A stretch of DNA of 64,000 nucleotides from Paramecium tetraurelia (lineage: Eukaryota). The notes under the pieces are model-generated. The model was given only the letters and a program-made list of their open reading frames with translations. It did not search any database and was not told where the DNA came from. The translations under genes were made by a program, and so were the position numbers. The stretch spans positions 248,001 to 312,000 of the forward strand of contig CT868681.1 of the NCBI GenBank assembly GCA_000165425.1. Reading direction: 5' to 3'. Shown here one piece after another: positions 14,443-28,316 of this stretch. The first letter of the stretch is position 1. Each line of letters starts with the position of its first letter.

Positions 14443-15417
14443 TTTAATTAATTTATGGAAACTGACTAACTAAAAATTAAAGAAACTAATATATATGTAT
14501 TATAATATTATCTAATAGGCCACTATTGTAACATCCTCAAAAATTTCAGATGTATGTGCATATTTATTTAACTTCCTTAATTAATGCCAATTAATCAAAA
14601 GCAACGTTAAAATTAATACTAAAAAATGGCTAAAATAAGATCTTACCAAGAAGCCTTTTTGAAATCAGAATGAACGAAACTGTGTGAGAAAGTTAATTGA
14701 AAAATCTATTTATCAAATAAATTAAATTATATGTTATGTGAATCATAGACTATTTTTATAATAAATAAAAAGGCCATATAATTTATTAATAACAAAAAAC
14801 CTTTTACAGATTGAATTTAAAATCCCATTAATAAATTAATAGAAGAACCTATAAATTTAAGTTTGATTAATAATTTTTTTTAATTCAAATAGTTATCTAG
14901 AAATATTATAGATATTTCAATGCAACAGTCAGATTTTTCCACATTCAAGAAGTAATTAATTAATAAGAAGTAAATATTAATTCATATATATAAAGGATAT
15001 CTTTTTGGTTAATATAATAATTTTAGAATGAAAAGCCATAGATTAAATCGCTTTTTCAATCAAATTTGGATGTATTAAAGTATTAAGGAATTCAAAAAGT
15101 ATTTAAGAAATCTTAAGATTAAGAAAAAAATATCATAAATGATATTCTTTATGAAACATATTTGAAGGAATCCTTTTGGATAATTTAATTATAAATTAAG
15201 ATTAATTTAAGTCGTTTCCCTAAATTCATTCTTAATTTCCTATAAATTAAAATTTAAACTAAAATTTTATTGTCTTTAAATATATCAAATATTATTCCGT
15301 AATTATAAACGTAAGGATAATTATTTGTCTTTACTTTTTTCTTATTATTATAAATTATGAACATTTGTTATAATTTCGCAGTTATTAAATTAAATATTTT
15401 TTAAAATATCAAAAAAA

Positions 15418-17641
15418 TCAATATGGAAGTAATTATTATTTTATCTAATGGAATTTTTACGCTTGTTATGACTTGTTACGACTGGCTTTCATATCAATAG
15501 TTTAAAAGTCCTAAGAATCTCTTAGATTTCTTTAAGAACTCCTTTATGAATCCTATAAGATATCCAAGTCAACTTTCTTTAAGTAATGATGAGATGACTT
15601 AAGGGAGGGTGAAGCAAATATATTATAGGTTTATTTAGCATTTTCTATTTCCATCATTAAAGATGAAATATGAATGTTTAAATTCTTTATCACTTCGTTT
15701 TGTTTTTTCAATTCTGTTTATTTTTTTGATAGCTGAATTTCTAGTTAATTAATATGACTTTTATCTTATTTCTACTCATTAAATAATTCAGAAATCCTCT
15801 ACTTAGAGAGTTAGTCTCTTTATATCAAGTCCTTAATTTAATTTTACAAATTTTCAGCATCTCTCTTAAAATAATCTAATTATCTCTAATTCTCGGATTT
15901 CAATTACAAAATATTATTTTCAAACTCATACCGAAGCTATTTCTAAATATTCCTCTCTTCATAAATATCATGATCATATTTTTATTTTTAAGTCAAAATC
16001 TCTTCAGATGCAATTTCTAATAATTTCGTTTTTTCATCACCACTTAATTTTGACTAATCGATAATTTACTACAGTTATTTCTGTTCCTATCTTTACTAAT
16101 CTAATTAGAATGAAAATTATTAGGTCATAATTTATGCTTTGTAATTGAAGTCAGCCTATACTTTTTCTTTGAATTCTTAAAATTCAGCAGATTATTGCTA
16201 TAATTCTTGTTATTATTAACAGATTAAATCCGAAATACGTTACTCGTAAGACTTTTAGATATGTTCAATTTCTTAGGAGTGTTCCTCATTTATAAAAACA
16301 ATTTGTTATTTCAAATTACAAACTTCTAATTTTTAATTCTCGCTTAACTATTCCAAATTCTAAACATATTCTAAATGAACAGGATCTTCATACTATTATG
16401 AAAAATTAACTTATTAATATTATTAAACCTCTTAAAGGCTAATTTTATTACCTAATAATTTTTCATATTTTAATCTTTAGATTTGTATTTATTCAACAAA
16501 ACCTTATATCTATTTATAATTATTCATCATAATTTTGTCTATTTCAATTTAATTTTCATGTTTCAATGTCTGCCTCAAATTCTGATAATCTTCCTTAATT
16601 TATAATAATTCTGAAATTAGATCCTCATCTTGTTATGCTTTTTGCTTTAATATCCCTTCTCTTTTTTCATCTATTATAACTTTGTTTTTGAAATATACGA
16701 GTTATTTTTATAATTCCTCCATCGCCTTTTCAGACTTGGACATGGTTTACTTATCTTAAATAACCCCTGATTTTAATTCCTTAATTTTTTAATTATTTTA
16801 ATCAAGGGTTTTTTCTACTGATTCTTTCTGTTGTTTCATTTAATTGTAACTCTATTTAAGTTCGGAGATTTGTTAGGTTAATTGTTTATGTTCTTAGATT
16901 AATTGTCGATATTTTGATTCTATTCTTATTTCTTGTTGTTCTAATTCATTTTTAAACACTTGATTGTCAGTTTCTAATTATACACGCAGCTTTGAGATTG
17001 TAGTCTCATAGTGTTGCTATTAGTCTTTTAACATTTATTCTAATTCTTTAGTTTTTCTTAGATTTTAACTTAATTTGTAATTAGTTTCTTATTCCTGATT
17101 AATTTATTTTCTTAATTCTTCTAATTCTTAAATCTGAATGGCATTCTAATATTTGAACTGTTTAACTTGATCATCGAAAACAGCCTTCTCCTTCTTATAA
17201 TTAGCCTTTTGCTTTGCGAGTTCCTCAGATTTTATTATAATTTACTGTTGATACTGGTGTGATTCTTGTTCTCTCTATTTTATATTTTCATTTAGATTGT
17301 ATTGTAGTCTTTCTATTTAAATAGACAAACAATCGATTTTTTCGTGGTCCTTATTGATTTATTCCTTGATTAAACTGAATATTTATTAAAAGTCAATGAG
17401 TTTGGCTTTCAATTATAAGTCTTGATCCAATTCATCTATGATGGATTATAAATTGTCTTCCACCTCAAATTTCATTAAATTCAAGCGATCCTTCAACATG
17501 CTGTTTTCTTAATGTAATGGCTATAAGTTAACACACTTCATATACAACTATTTTTCTCTAGAAACGCGAAGGTTTAAGCTAACGATGCTCATCCTAGTCA
17601 AGTCTTTTAGTTTGATGGCTAACTGATCTTAATCGCATCAT
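15418..17641 (-). CDS. Long coiled-coil protein of unknown function
   Basis: MMRLRSVSHQ start, a 25-nt intron near 17521-17545, long E/K/Q heptad-rich frame, TGA at 15418. Middle not traced codon by codon. Confidence 0.75.
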
Positions 17642-17699
17642 TTTAAATAATTTATTGTAACTACAAAATAAAGTTCACCTTAAACTTAAAAAGCCAAGC

Positions 17700-19631
17700 A
17701 TTTAAATTTGAATCAGCATGGGATAAACCTTAATCAATTTCATGAGTGTAATATTATCAAGGAGACAAGTAAGTACACATTTCAAGTAAATAATATTTTG
17801 TTATTCTAGTTTATAAGTTTTGAGATGATATCAGAGATGAATATGCATCAACTGCTCTGCAAAATTGATAATATCAATTAGTTGTTTAAGGATGCTAACG
17901 TAAGATATAGTTCTCTTATAGAACTATGTTTCCTTATGGTAATCAAGGACTTCCCAAGTTAAGATTCTCCATGTGAACACATTGCATCCAAAAAAGGAAT
18001 ACTATGGATATTATTAAACCAAAGAAGATTGCTTTTAATAAGGCTCAATATGAACCAATAGCTTTTGAAAACATATTTAATCTTGAGACAAAAATTAAGA
18101 AATCTTGGTTAACATTTAATTAATTAGGCAAAAATGCGAAATCGAGTCTTCTTCTTCTCAGTTATTTAATAGAGGAGTCATAGTATTAATAATAGGGATT
18201 ATCATTTTTAAATAGCTTTAGAAAGTTTAAAATAATTGTACTAAAGAAGTATATTGGAATTAATATAAGTTCATGAGTAAAGCCAAACATGTTACTAAAT
18301 TTTGATAAAACATAGAAACGTGATTGCAAATAATTATAAATACTAATAAATCCACTAAAAATTTGGTTAATGTTGCTGAAATAATGATAAAGTAAATAAT
18401 TTATCAAAGATCAATGATTTTGAATAAAATAAAGAAATAAGATCCAATAATTTCCTAATTTAACGAATAAAGGGATGGGAAGGAATAGTTAGAAATAAAT
18501 AATCTGTATCAATTGTGAAAATTAAAAAAATAGCTTAGAATTAAGAAGATTTATTAAAGAGTTACAATCAAATTGAGCAAAACAATTTAAAATGATAAAT
18601 ATTTATTAATCTATAAAATAAAGAACTCATTAACAGAAGTCTTTAGTAACGATATTAGAACATAATTTGATACTAATAAAGAGTTAGAAGTCAGAATCTG
18701 ATGTTAGATTAATTAAAATTGATTCATATTATTAGAATGATTAAAATCAATAAATAAAGAGTGAAGAGTCTTTTAGATAAAATGAAAAAGTGATCGTAAC
18801 GAGGAAGGAATTAATGCTTAAATGAATGTTGAATAAATAAATAAAATTCAATTTTATTACCATCTGCAAATATTATATATTATAATTTCTAAAATGTAAA
18901 ATCAAATTACATATGGCTAAATTCTATCACACTAAATTTAAACATAAGGAAACAAAAATGTATCAGAAAATGGTCAGGTACAATAAGATATCAAGAATAA
19001 ACCTCTTAATCAAAGTACTACAAGCAATAATAAAAATATTAAAATCATTTCAGAAACTGAACTAAATGATAAAAGTCATTATAATTAAACAAGTTAACAA
19101 TAAAATAACACTCAATAATCTTTATAATAATAAATAATCATAAAATAAGACTCTTTTTAGAAAAACTCTACAGATTAAAATAAATTCGAGTTGGAATCAA
19201 GGATCATCATCTCCAGTTAATTCTTCTAAGATGATTTAACTGAAAATATCGCTTTTACTTAAGTTTTATCTTGTTCCTATTGTTTAGGGTCACTTGCATC
19301 TGTTAATATTTCTCTGCCTTGTTTTCATTTATATCATCAAGAGTGCTTTAATGAGATAATTAATAATTTTTTGAGTCGCGGATACAGTATGGTTTTTCAG
19401 TGTAAATGCAATATAAGCATTCCTTATAAGACTTTGATAAGATTGGCATAGAAGGACAGCAAGTTAGTTGAGGAATTGTTAATTTAATAGTAGGCATGGA
19501 TTATATCTTCTGCTCCTGTAACAATACAAAATTAAATTTCTGGGTATAAGAAAAGCATCAACAACATCAAGACATTTATTAAGGAACAAATAAACCATTA
19601 TTAAGCTGGATTAATTAAAATTGATTTATGA
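17700..19631 (+). pseudogene. Apparently frameshifted gene with N/Q-rich linker and C-terminal RING-H2-like finger
   Basis: The 3' end reads CSYC..LPCFHLYHQEC..CKC to TGA 19629-19631. The upstream part has intron-like segments but needs several frame changes and has no clear in-frame ATG. Confidence 0.5.
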
Positions 19632-19672
19632 TTATATATGTAATATTATTTAAAACAAATATTATTAGTTTA

Positions 19673-20668
19673 ATGAAATACTCAAAAATCCCTTTGACTA
19701 CACCTCCTTTGTACTTAAAGAATAATTTAGCAAGCACAGATCAACACATGGCTTATTTATCCTATAACTCAGATAAACTGAAATTAAACGTAGTAAATAA
19801 GAAAAATAAGTAAAATATAGTAATCAATTTAGAGAAGTGCGATTAATATCAATAGATGATCAATCCATTCCTACATCCATACAATATATGTCCGATCAGA
19901 CTTTGATTGTTACTACAATGAATGGATATTATATTTATTCAGAGAATGGTCAACAATAACATCATAAGTTAAGAAATCAATTAGGGGATATCTCCTAATA
20001 CTTTATAGGTGCTACTCTGATAAATCCTGAAAATTAAAAACCCTTTTATGCAATTGGATTTGAAAATAAAATAATCTTTGTAGATCAAAAGACCCCGAAA
20101 TAAGAATTCTTTGGAGTTAACCTCAAAAATATTCAGCCCACCTGCTTGACAAGTTATTACTAGTATCTGATTTATGGAGATTCTAAAGGTATAAGAAAGT
20201 ATTAAACTTAGGATATATTCATCAAAATAAATGTTTAGCAATCCAACAAGTTACAGAGACCAAATCACTTAATTTGCAGACCAAGGACACAACAATTCTT
20301 TCCATATCAGTTTTGGAGAAGAAGGACACTGAGACAAAGGTACTAGTAATAGTTGGTGATTTTATTGGCAGATTAACAGTTGTAGATCTTATGAATTGGG
20401 AAATCCTCTGTGTGATCAATTCTCACATTAAACCAGTCACTACTTTAGCAATAAATTAGTAACGGTACTAAAAATATCAATTATTAGAGAATAATTTCTG
20501 TCTGGCTCTGATGATACGTTCATTAACATTTGGAAATTGAATCAAAACTTATAGCCTTAATTAATTTAGTCCCATCATTTGGATGATACCATAATTGTGG
20601 GAATTACAAGTGATATATTTGTTGCAGCATATGATCAACATGAATTAATTTATATTGAAAATAATTGA
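19673..20668 (+). CDS. WD40 protein, WDR54-like
   Basis: MKYSKIPLTTPPLYLKNNLAS N-terminus and INSHIKPVTTLAIN..FLSGSDDTFINIWKL resemble WDR54 as recalled; tiny introns; TGA at 20666-20668. Confidence 0.75.
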
Positions 20669-20728
20669 GTATTATTATGAAAATAGAGCATTGATTTATT
20701 CAAATATCTTGGGTTTCAGGGATATGAA

Positions 20729-21665
20729 ATGGAGTGAAAATATTCATCGAAATTTTAATTAATTTTAGAAGTGTTACAATATAAAATTTAATAAATCGTT
20801 AGTTCGAAATGTTATTAAAGGAACAATAAGAATATAAGTTAAAGTTTATCGAGGAGAGAATGGAGCAATATGAAACAAGTCTTTTGAAGAGGGTCAATCA
20901 CTTGGAAGAGAGAATTAGATCCTTCAATCAAAAATTTGAAAGAATTGATGAATTGGGTGAACGAGTCAATGATTTACATTCTTTGTTTGATAAACTCAAA
21001 GAAAATTTTGATACAAAACTAATGTTACAAGATGATAAAATTGCGAAAGCAAATTTCAATATAAATAAAATAAAATAGGAAGACCTACAACAAATATATA
21101 ATATAGTTAAAAAAGGATTTCATAATTCAAAGGATTTGTCCTTGGAAATGTAAAACATAAAGACCAAGGACATAAGACAATCCGAGGTTCTATTCAAATA
21201 GGAGTTGAAACAATCAAACATTTTGGGAGAAAAATTGCAATCTCCACTTTTGCATTAGAGAATGGATAGTTATTAAAAAAGTGATAGGATGAGATCGATA
21301 ACTCTGGAGAAGGATAAGGGACAGGAACAAAAGGTGAAATTCGAAAATGAAACCGAAGATTTGGAGAATAACAAACCTAATTCAAAGGGCATTGCTAAAA
21401 ATGATACTCAAAAATTGATTGATAAATATCAGTTCACTTTATAAACCAAGTTACAGAATGAGAGTAAGTAATTGTGTTATCATTAGATATTTAGAAGTTG
21501 AGTAATGTGAAGATTGAAGTGCAGAATACTGAATAAAGTAAGATACTGACTTAATAGCAACAATCGTTGCTTGAGAGGACGATATCCCAAGATCATATTC
21601 CACGATCAAAATACCTAACTAGTACGAATTAAATTAAGGAATAACTTAAAAACTTAAGGAAATGA
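20729..21665 (+). CDS. Coiled-coil hypothetical protein (start 20729 with intron, or 20809)
   Basis: Open code-6 frame containing MEQYETSLLKRVNHLEERIRSF, a 23-nt intron near 21464-21486, TGA at 21663-21665. Confidence 0.7.
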
Positions 21666-21727
21666 ATTATTTTATATTTAATATGTATGATCAAATAAGG
21701 AATAATAAATTTAATTTACCAATTAGA

Positions 21728-23257
21728 ATGAAATAAAAAGCCCCCTAAATTTCTCCTAATAAATTGTATGCGAGTCTATTAAAAAAAAAAAATGAATCAG
21801 ATTAGCAGTAGAAAATAGTGAAATCTCCAGTCATTCAAGGAAATGTGTACATTAATTCTTTGAGGTATGGCAATGCTTGTAAATTTAGAAATAATTAAGG
21901 ATAGTTAAAAGTTGATGCCAAGAAATCAAGACCAACGAGTGGAAAGGATCTTAAGGATATAAGCACTGTCTTATTGAAAAAAACTCATGCACGTTAAAAT
22001 AGTAAAATCATCGAGACCAAAGAAAACTCATAAAATTTAACCCAATCAGCATTGCAATTATTATAAAAAATCAAGGCTGAACGCCCAGACAATAAAATTG
22101 GTCAAATATAAACATCCAAAGAGATTTTACAATATCATTAGTAATTAATTTAAAAATAATATTAAAAATTACTTGACTTATCTAAATAAACAGAACATAA
22201 TTAGTTATAACAATAACAATAACAACAGCAATAACAACAAAAATAAAAACTATTCAAAGGACCTCGCTCAATCAGTAACCCTGATATCTCAACTCTCTAA
22301 CTCTGTATCACTAAAGCACACGCAAAATCCATCCCTGGAATGCTCTACACAGGCTAAACCAAAATCAATCAAGATTCCTATAAGTTAATCCAAAAATTCG
22401 GGACAAAAGAAAATGATTGGTATCTTCAGGTTTCTGATGGCCATGGAACCAATGGACATCAAGTAGCCTAATTTGTCTAAGAAATCCTACCAGCCTACAT
22501 AGAACAGGAGGTGATGGAAGCTCCCTACTACTACGATAGAGATAAGTAAGAACATTAAATAACTACAAATTAGAACAATAAACAACATCTTTAAGCAATC
22601 CTTTTTGAAGACAAATGAGGATCTCCTAAATTCTGGCATAGATGTGACCTATTCAGGAGCAACAACAGTTGTCGTTATAGCATTTGAAAACATACTATAC
22701 TGTGCCAACATAGGAGATAGTCGAGCTGTAACTATAAAGACAATAACATTTAGATTATCGGAAGATATGATACTAAATTACAAGTGGTTGAACTATCTAA
22801 AGATCACAAACCCGATTGTTTTTTGGAATAGGCCAGGATCATTCAGAGAGGAGGACGTGTTTAAGCCTATAGTGATGAGGAAGGGAATCCTATAGGGCCG
22901 GCAAGAGTATGGAAATTGGATGAAGATGTACCAGGACTGGCCATGTCAAGGAGCTTTGGAGATTACGTAGCAAGTTAGGTGGGAGTCATTTAAGAGCCTG
23001 AAATCATTAAGCATTAACTATTGCCATCAGACAAATTCTTAGTTGTTGCATCAGATGGTATTTGGGAGTATTATAAATATCTTAAATATTAAGATTCTTA
23101 TCGAATGAATGGGTAATCGAAACAGTCAATGAGTACTATAAAAAGGGAGATGCTATCGGTGCTTGCAATAAATTAACCATAAGCTGCAAAAGAGGCTTGG
23201 TAGAGGGAAGATGAAGTAATTGATGACATCACTGTCATTCTGGCATTCTTCAAGTGA
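21728..23257 (+). CDS. PP2C/PPM phosphatase with low-complexity N-terminus (apparent +1 indel near 23178)
   Basis: KINQD, VSDGHG, SGAT, ANIGDSRA, DHKPD, PGLAMSRSFGD, VASDGIWE, DDIT motifs; several tiny introns. Confidence 0.92.
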
Positions 23258-23405
23258 AATTTATCTACATATAAGTGTAATAATCATCTCTTAGTTTTTA
23301 ATATGAGTATTCTAGTTACATTTATTCTCTTTTGTGGATTTGAGAGCATTCTGAAATAGAAAAATTAAGAATTAATAGTTATTATTTATAAAAAATATAA
23401 ATAAA

Positions 23406-24794
23406 ATGGATTATGAGTCTTTGTATAAATTAATTCCCAAAGAACCAAAGAAATGGTTGACTCAAGATGTTATAAACTGGCTAAAGTTTATAGGGTTAGG
23501 GCAGATGGAGCAAAAATTTGGTATTTAAATATACAGAAAGTAGTTGAATGTTCTATTGATGGAGCAGTTTTGGAGGACTTGACAGAAAAGGATTTGGATG
23601 AAGAATTAGGGATCACTTAGAGAATTATTAAAAGAAAGTTGTTAAATTGTAACTCCATTAATTATTTTAGGGGTAAACCATGGACTGAAAGAGTATAATG
23701 AATATATAAAGTAAATGAAAATGCCGAATCTAAACATCAAGAAATAGCAAGATGAGGATTTCACAATACAAAAAAACATTGGGAATGTTCAATTCGAATA
23801 AATGCTAATGGAGAGTCACGAAAATAATGGCAACGAACAATTCACGAGTTCAGTTGCTCGATAAGAGGAATAAGCAATAAAATAAGAAATACCTGGATTC
23901 AACAAATTCGAACATCAACTCATACTATAACCAATAGAAGGTTAATAGTCCAATTTTTATTGTGTTCGAGAGGCAGGTGCCAAAATAGGGAGACATTCTA
24001 GCAACCAAATTCTAATTTTGGAAGAGAATATCAGTAGATTTCATGCTGAGATAATATTCCAAGACTCTATGGTATTTAAGGGTTGTTATCAAATTTAGTT
24101 TGCTCTCAAAGACATTGGAAGTACAACAGGAACTTTTATTAAAATACTGAAAAGCTTGACATTAAAATAAGGGATGTTAATAGAATTGGGAAGTAATTAA
24201 TTTTGTGTTTAGAAATTGGAAACACTGGAAAATGGAGGAATTGAAGTAATACTCCATAAAATTGCTAGATCTCCTTATTCGTAATCGAAGGACCAAATTT
24301 AGAAGATACCATCATATTTCAATTAAATAAAGACAAACCTTCAGTAGCTCTTGGCAGAAAATCAACTGTCGATATCTCCTTTCCTGAAGACCATCATTTA
24401 TCCAATCAGCATGCCAAATTTTATCTTGTAGAATAAACAGTCACCATTGAGGATCATGGATCAACAAATGGGTAATCAATATAAATATCAATTTAGATCT
24501 TGGATGAGGTTATCAGGAGAGGGTAAAATGAGTAATTTGTTTTATTTGGATCCGAATGAAGAAATCATAATAAGAATTGGAACCACAAATTAATACATTT
24601 GCCAATAAAATAAAATGAAGGTTAATGAAATCTCCGGAGAAAATTTGTGCATCATCTGTGTTGAAAGAGAAAGAGATTGCTTAATATTGCCATGTAAACA
24701 CAATGCCACTTGTTTGAAATGCAGTAAGAGTTTGGCTCTGTGTCCATTCTGCAGAGTCAAAATTCAAGAGACTATTAGAATTTATAAAAATTGA
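23406..24794 (+). CDS. SAM - FHA - FHA - RING (C3HC4) protein, putative E3 ligase
   Basis: WLTQDVINWLKFIGL..IDGAVLEDL (SAM); IGRHS..ISRFHA..DIGSTTGTFI and LGRKS..LSNQHA..DHGSTNG (two FHA); CIIC..PCKHNATCLKC..CPFCR (RING); TGA at 24792-24794. Confidence 0.9.
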
Positions 24795-24829
24795 CCTTTG
24801 ATTAAAATATATATCTATTTATTATGTAA

Positions 24830-27041
24830 TCATTATTTAGATAATTTATCAATCAACATTGTAATGATTTTTTTAATTTTCTAAGTATTTTCATGTACAA
24901 CATCTGGAATTTATCCCTTTAAGTAATAATTTATGTTGATAAAGACTTCCTCCTCCCAATCCTAATAATAAATAATACTAAAAAATTACCTTCTCACAAT
25001 AGAAGAGTCTTTTTAATTCTTCCAGTTATTCTTAGGTAATCTTGAATCTTAAATAGCACAATTGTAACATCAAATGAATCATACATTATAAATTATGTTG
25101 CAAGTTCTTGAAAATATTCTAACATTTTTAAGTGTTATCCATTAATTGTATAAATTACTAAAAACATAATTCCAACAGTGAGTTCATCGACTCAACTGAA
25201 GCTGGGTTGTTCTCTTTGAATCTCTGTAAGATCTTCTTTTAAATAGCTCTAAATTCATTAGCCTTCTATTCTAAGTCTTTTTCATATTCCTTCAAAGATA
25301 ATTTCAATGTGAAATGTTCATCAATAACATCAAAGATATCTTTCAAAGGGACATCATCAGTATACTTTACGTTTTCACGTTCTCTAACTACAAGTTCATG
25401 CAATATAAAGCAAATAGCTTCGAAGTTATCACTTTGCAGTCTCCACCTATCATTTTGTTTGTTTGCTAAAATAGATACTGTAGAATTAGTCAATTATAAT
25501 TTCATCAAACTTTAATTTATTAAAGAAGAGTCTATAGGTTTGATGTCTTTAAAGACATTGTAAATTGATAAATTATTAACATTAACTGTAATTTTATACT
25601 TAGCATTTTTCTCTGGTTAGATCATATAGCAAAAGAGACTAAGAGGTAGGGTGAATTCTGTTGAATAACATCCATTTTTATGATTACAAAGTACTTTTAC
25701 TACTCTATCGATGGGACAGTTTTTAGTAGAGTAAACATTAAATTCATGTATGATGGTACCTTACAAAACATTGATTTCGAATCTAGGATTGGAGATAAAG
25801 ATAGATTCATCGTAGACTAATTAAACTTATAAGTTTTCAATTTATTATTTTGAGGTTATGTTTAAGTAGACTAAACATTAAATTACCAATGATTCAACTT
25901 ATAAGTAATTTTCTTTATCTTCAATGAAATCTCTAGTAGGAGCTAATTTGATTATTTCAGCATTAATCTACAATTAGGACTTTTCATTTGATTCAATTAC
26001 GGGATTGCCCTCCTTTACTTAGATCTGTTATAGAGTTGAAGTGTAGAGCTCATTTAATTATTGATAAGAATGCTACTATTCAATTTAAAATTGTTTTTGT
26101 ATGGATATTTATTCAGTACCTAAGTAAATCACTTAAAGGTATCCTTCATCATTCAAGACGACCAGCAATTTATCGATGTCATCAAATTTTCCAATGGAAA
26201 TACCATGACAAACATGATCAGTTTTAGCTGCCCATACTAAATTCAAATCCTTATAGATCATTAAGTGATGAGTGAAAGATGTTATGATTAATGTGTGAGT
26301 GTCATTTACTAGGATTGAAGCAGGAGGGTAATCCAATCTCTTCTGATGAAAGATAATCCCACTTTACTGAACTTGGAATAGCATTTATTCACAAATGACG
26401 TAGAAGATGTTTTAGGATGGAATTTCAATAATTTTTTATGCTTGTTCTCCCAAATTAAGGGTCCAATTAGGCTGAGCTCTTTTCTTTTGGAGTGTGCATA
26501 GATTTGCATATTTATAGGATTCCAATTCGTAGCAACTGTTTTATAAAATAAATGAGTCCAACTATTATGAGTAAATAATGGGACCAGGCAATGGAAAATA
26601 CTCTGTACTCAATTAACAAATATGTAGTAATTATTCTTATTCATAGATCATTAGGCAGGCATCACAACTTTGGATACATACAAGATCCTTTCTTCCTTAT
26701 CCAAACTAACCTGAGCACATATTAAATCCATTCCTCTGTAATTTATGTTCTTTTAGTAACTCCATGTCCAAAGAGTAGAACACTACTCTTTTGGGAAATA
26801 GGACACAAAGAGATTTATTGCCAAAATACCCAATCAGGATTTGTAGGATAGGGTCTTGCAAATTGATTTCCTATTTGAGATGTGTTGGTTTGTAATCGCC
26901 TCTTTGGGGTTGATAGATTCTCAAGTTTCCTGAATATGAGCCAACATAAATGATTGAGTTGTCTACGAAGAGATGTTGTTCGTCGAATTCTTCAGGACCC
27001 ACTCTTGTCCCCCAGAACTACTTGGTGTTAAATAATGACAT
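24830..27041 (-). CDS. BBS9: BBSome subunit BBS9/PTHB1
   Basis: MSLFNTKQFWGT..EEFD..IYVGSYSGNLRIYQP N-terminus, LMIYKDLNLVWAAK, RWRLQSDNFE, QFRAIQKKILQRFKENNP match BBS9 motifs as recalled. Confidence 0.92.
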
Positions 27042-27062
27042 ATATAATTAATATTATATAAA

Positions 27063-28239
27063 ATGCAAGATGAATTTGACATTGAAGTTAATTTTGAATA
27101 AAATAGTTCAATGACATTCGAAATGTTTAAATTGTTAATAAATATTAGTGGCCATAATAGTGTTAGATTTCCAAAAGCAGGAATTAAAATAAACAATGAA
27201 GGATTGACAACCACCAATGGAGAATAGATACAAAATACATAGGAATCGATAACGCATCAGTAAATTAAGGTCGGGGATGTCATTGGATAAGGAGTATCAA
27301 GCTATGTTTGCAGAGGATTATATTTGCCTTACAATTGTCAAGTAGCTTTGAAGGTTAATTTTCGTTGTTATTATATCAGATAATTAATGTTTTCGATAAG
27401 GACAAGAGACATTAGATGTTAAATGATCTAAGTACACTCTTAAATGGTTGTGAATGCGAATAATTGATCAAGTTTTATGGTGCATATTATGAAGAAGGTA
27501 GCTCTATCATTGATTTTTGAGGAACCATAAGATTGGTACTTGAATATATGGATCAAGGATCATTGCGAAGCATTATTCAATAAATCTATAAGCATAATTT
27601 AAGTGAATTAATTAATGAATAAATAATTGCAACGATAACTTATAATATTCTCATGGGATTATAATATTTGCATTAGCAGAAGCATTAACTTCACAGAGAT
27701 ATCAAACCAGAAAATATTCTCATCAACAGTTTGGGATAGATAAAATTGACAGATTTTGGAATTAGTAAATAATTGGAAAACACTATAGCCATAGCCAGAA
27801 CTTTTGTAGGTACTTTGATGTACATGTAAGAAATCCCTCCTATTTGTAAAGGTCTCCGGAGAGAACTGAGGGGAAGAACTACTCCTACGCTTCAGACATC
27901 TGGTCTTTGGGACTGATTATCTATGAAATGGCAACAGGGAAACATCCATACTCAGTCTCCAATAAGCAAATGACTTATATCCAAATGATTCAGAATATTC
28001 TGAAATCGGAGTCACCAAAATTGGATAATTATCCATATAGTGTAGAAATGAGGGATTTTGTTAATATTTGGTAGGATTTGAATATTGATTTTAGTTTGAA
28101 CAAGGATCAAAGCAAACGATTGGATGCGCAGACTCTGTTGTAGCACAATTGGATTATAAAAAATGCTTAGAATAGTCAATATGTGCAGATGTGGATATTG
28201 CAGAAGGATCAAAAGTTACAGTTAGTCCAACAAAAATGA
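27063..28239 (+). CDS. MAP kinase kinase (STE7 family)
   Basis: [71 protein letters not shown] at 28237-28239. Confidence 0.92.
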
Positions 28240-28316
28240 ATTTATATCAATAATTTAACTATTTATAGTATATTATTAAAATTTAAAGCAATAAAAAAAA
28301 ATAACTTATTTTTATA

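Noticed and set aside
22205..22245. (CAA/TAA)n microsatellite
   Set aside because: It is an in-frame polyglutamine tract of the PP2C gene under code 6.
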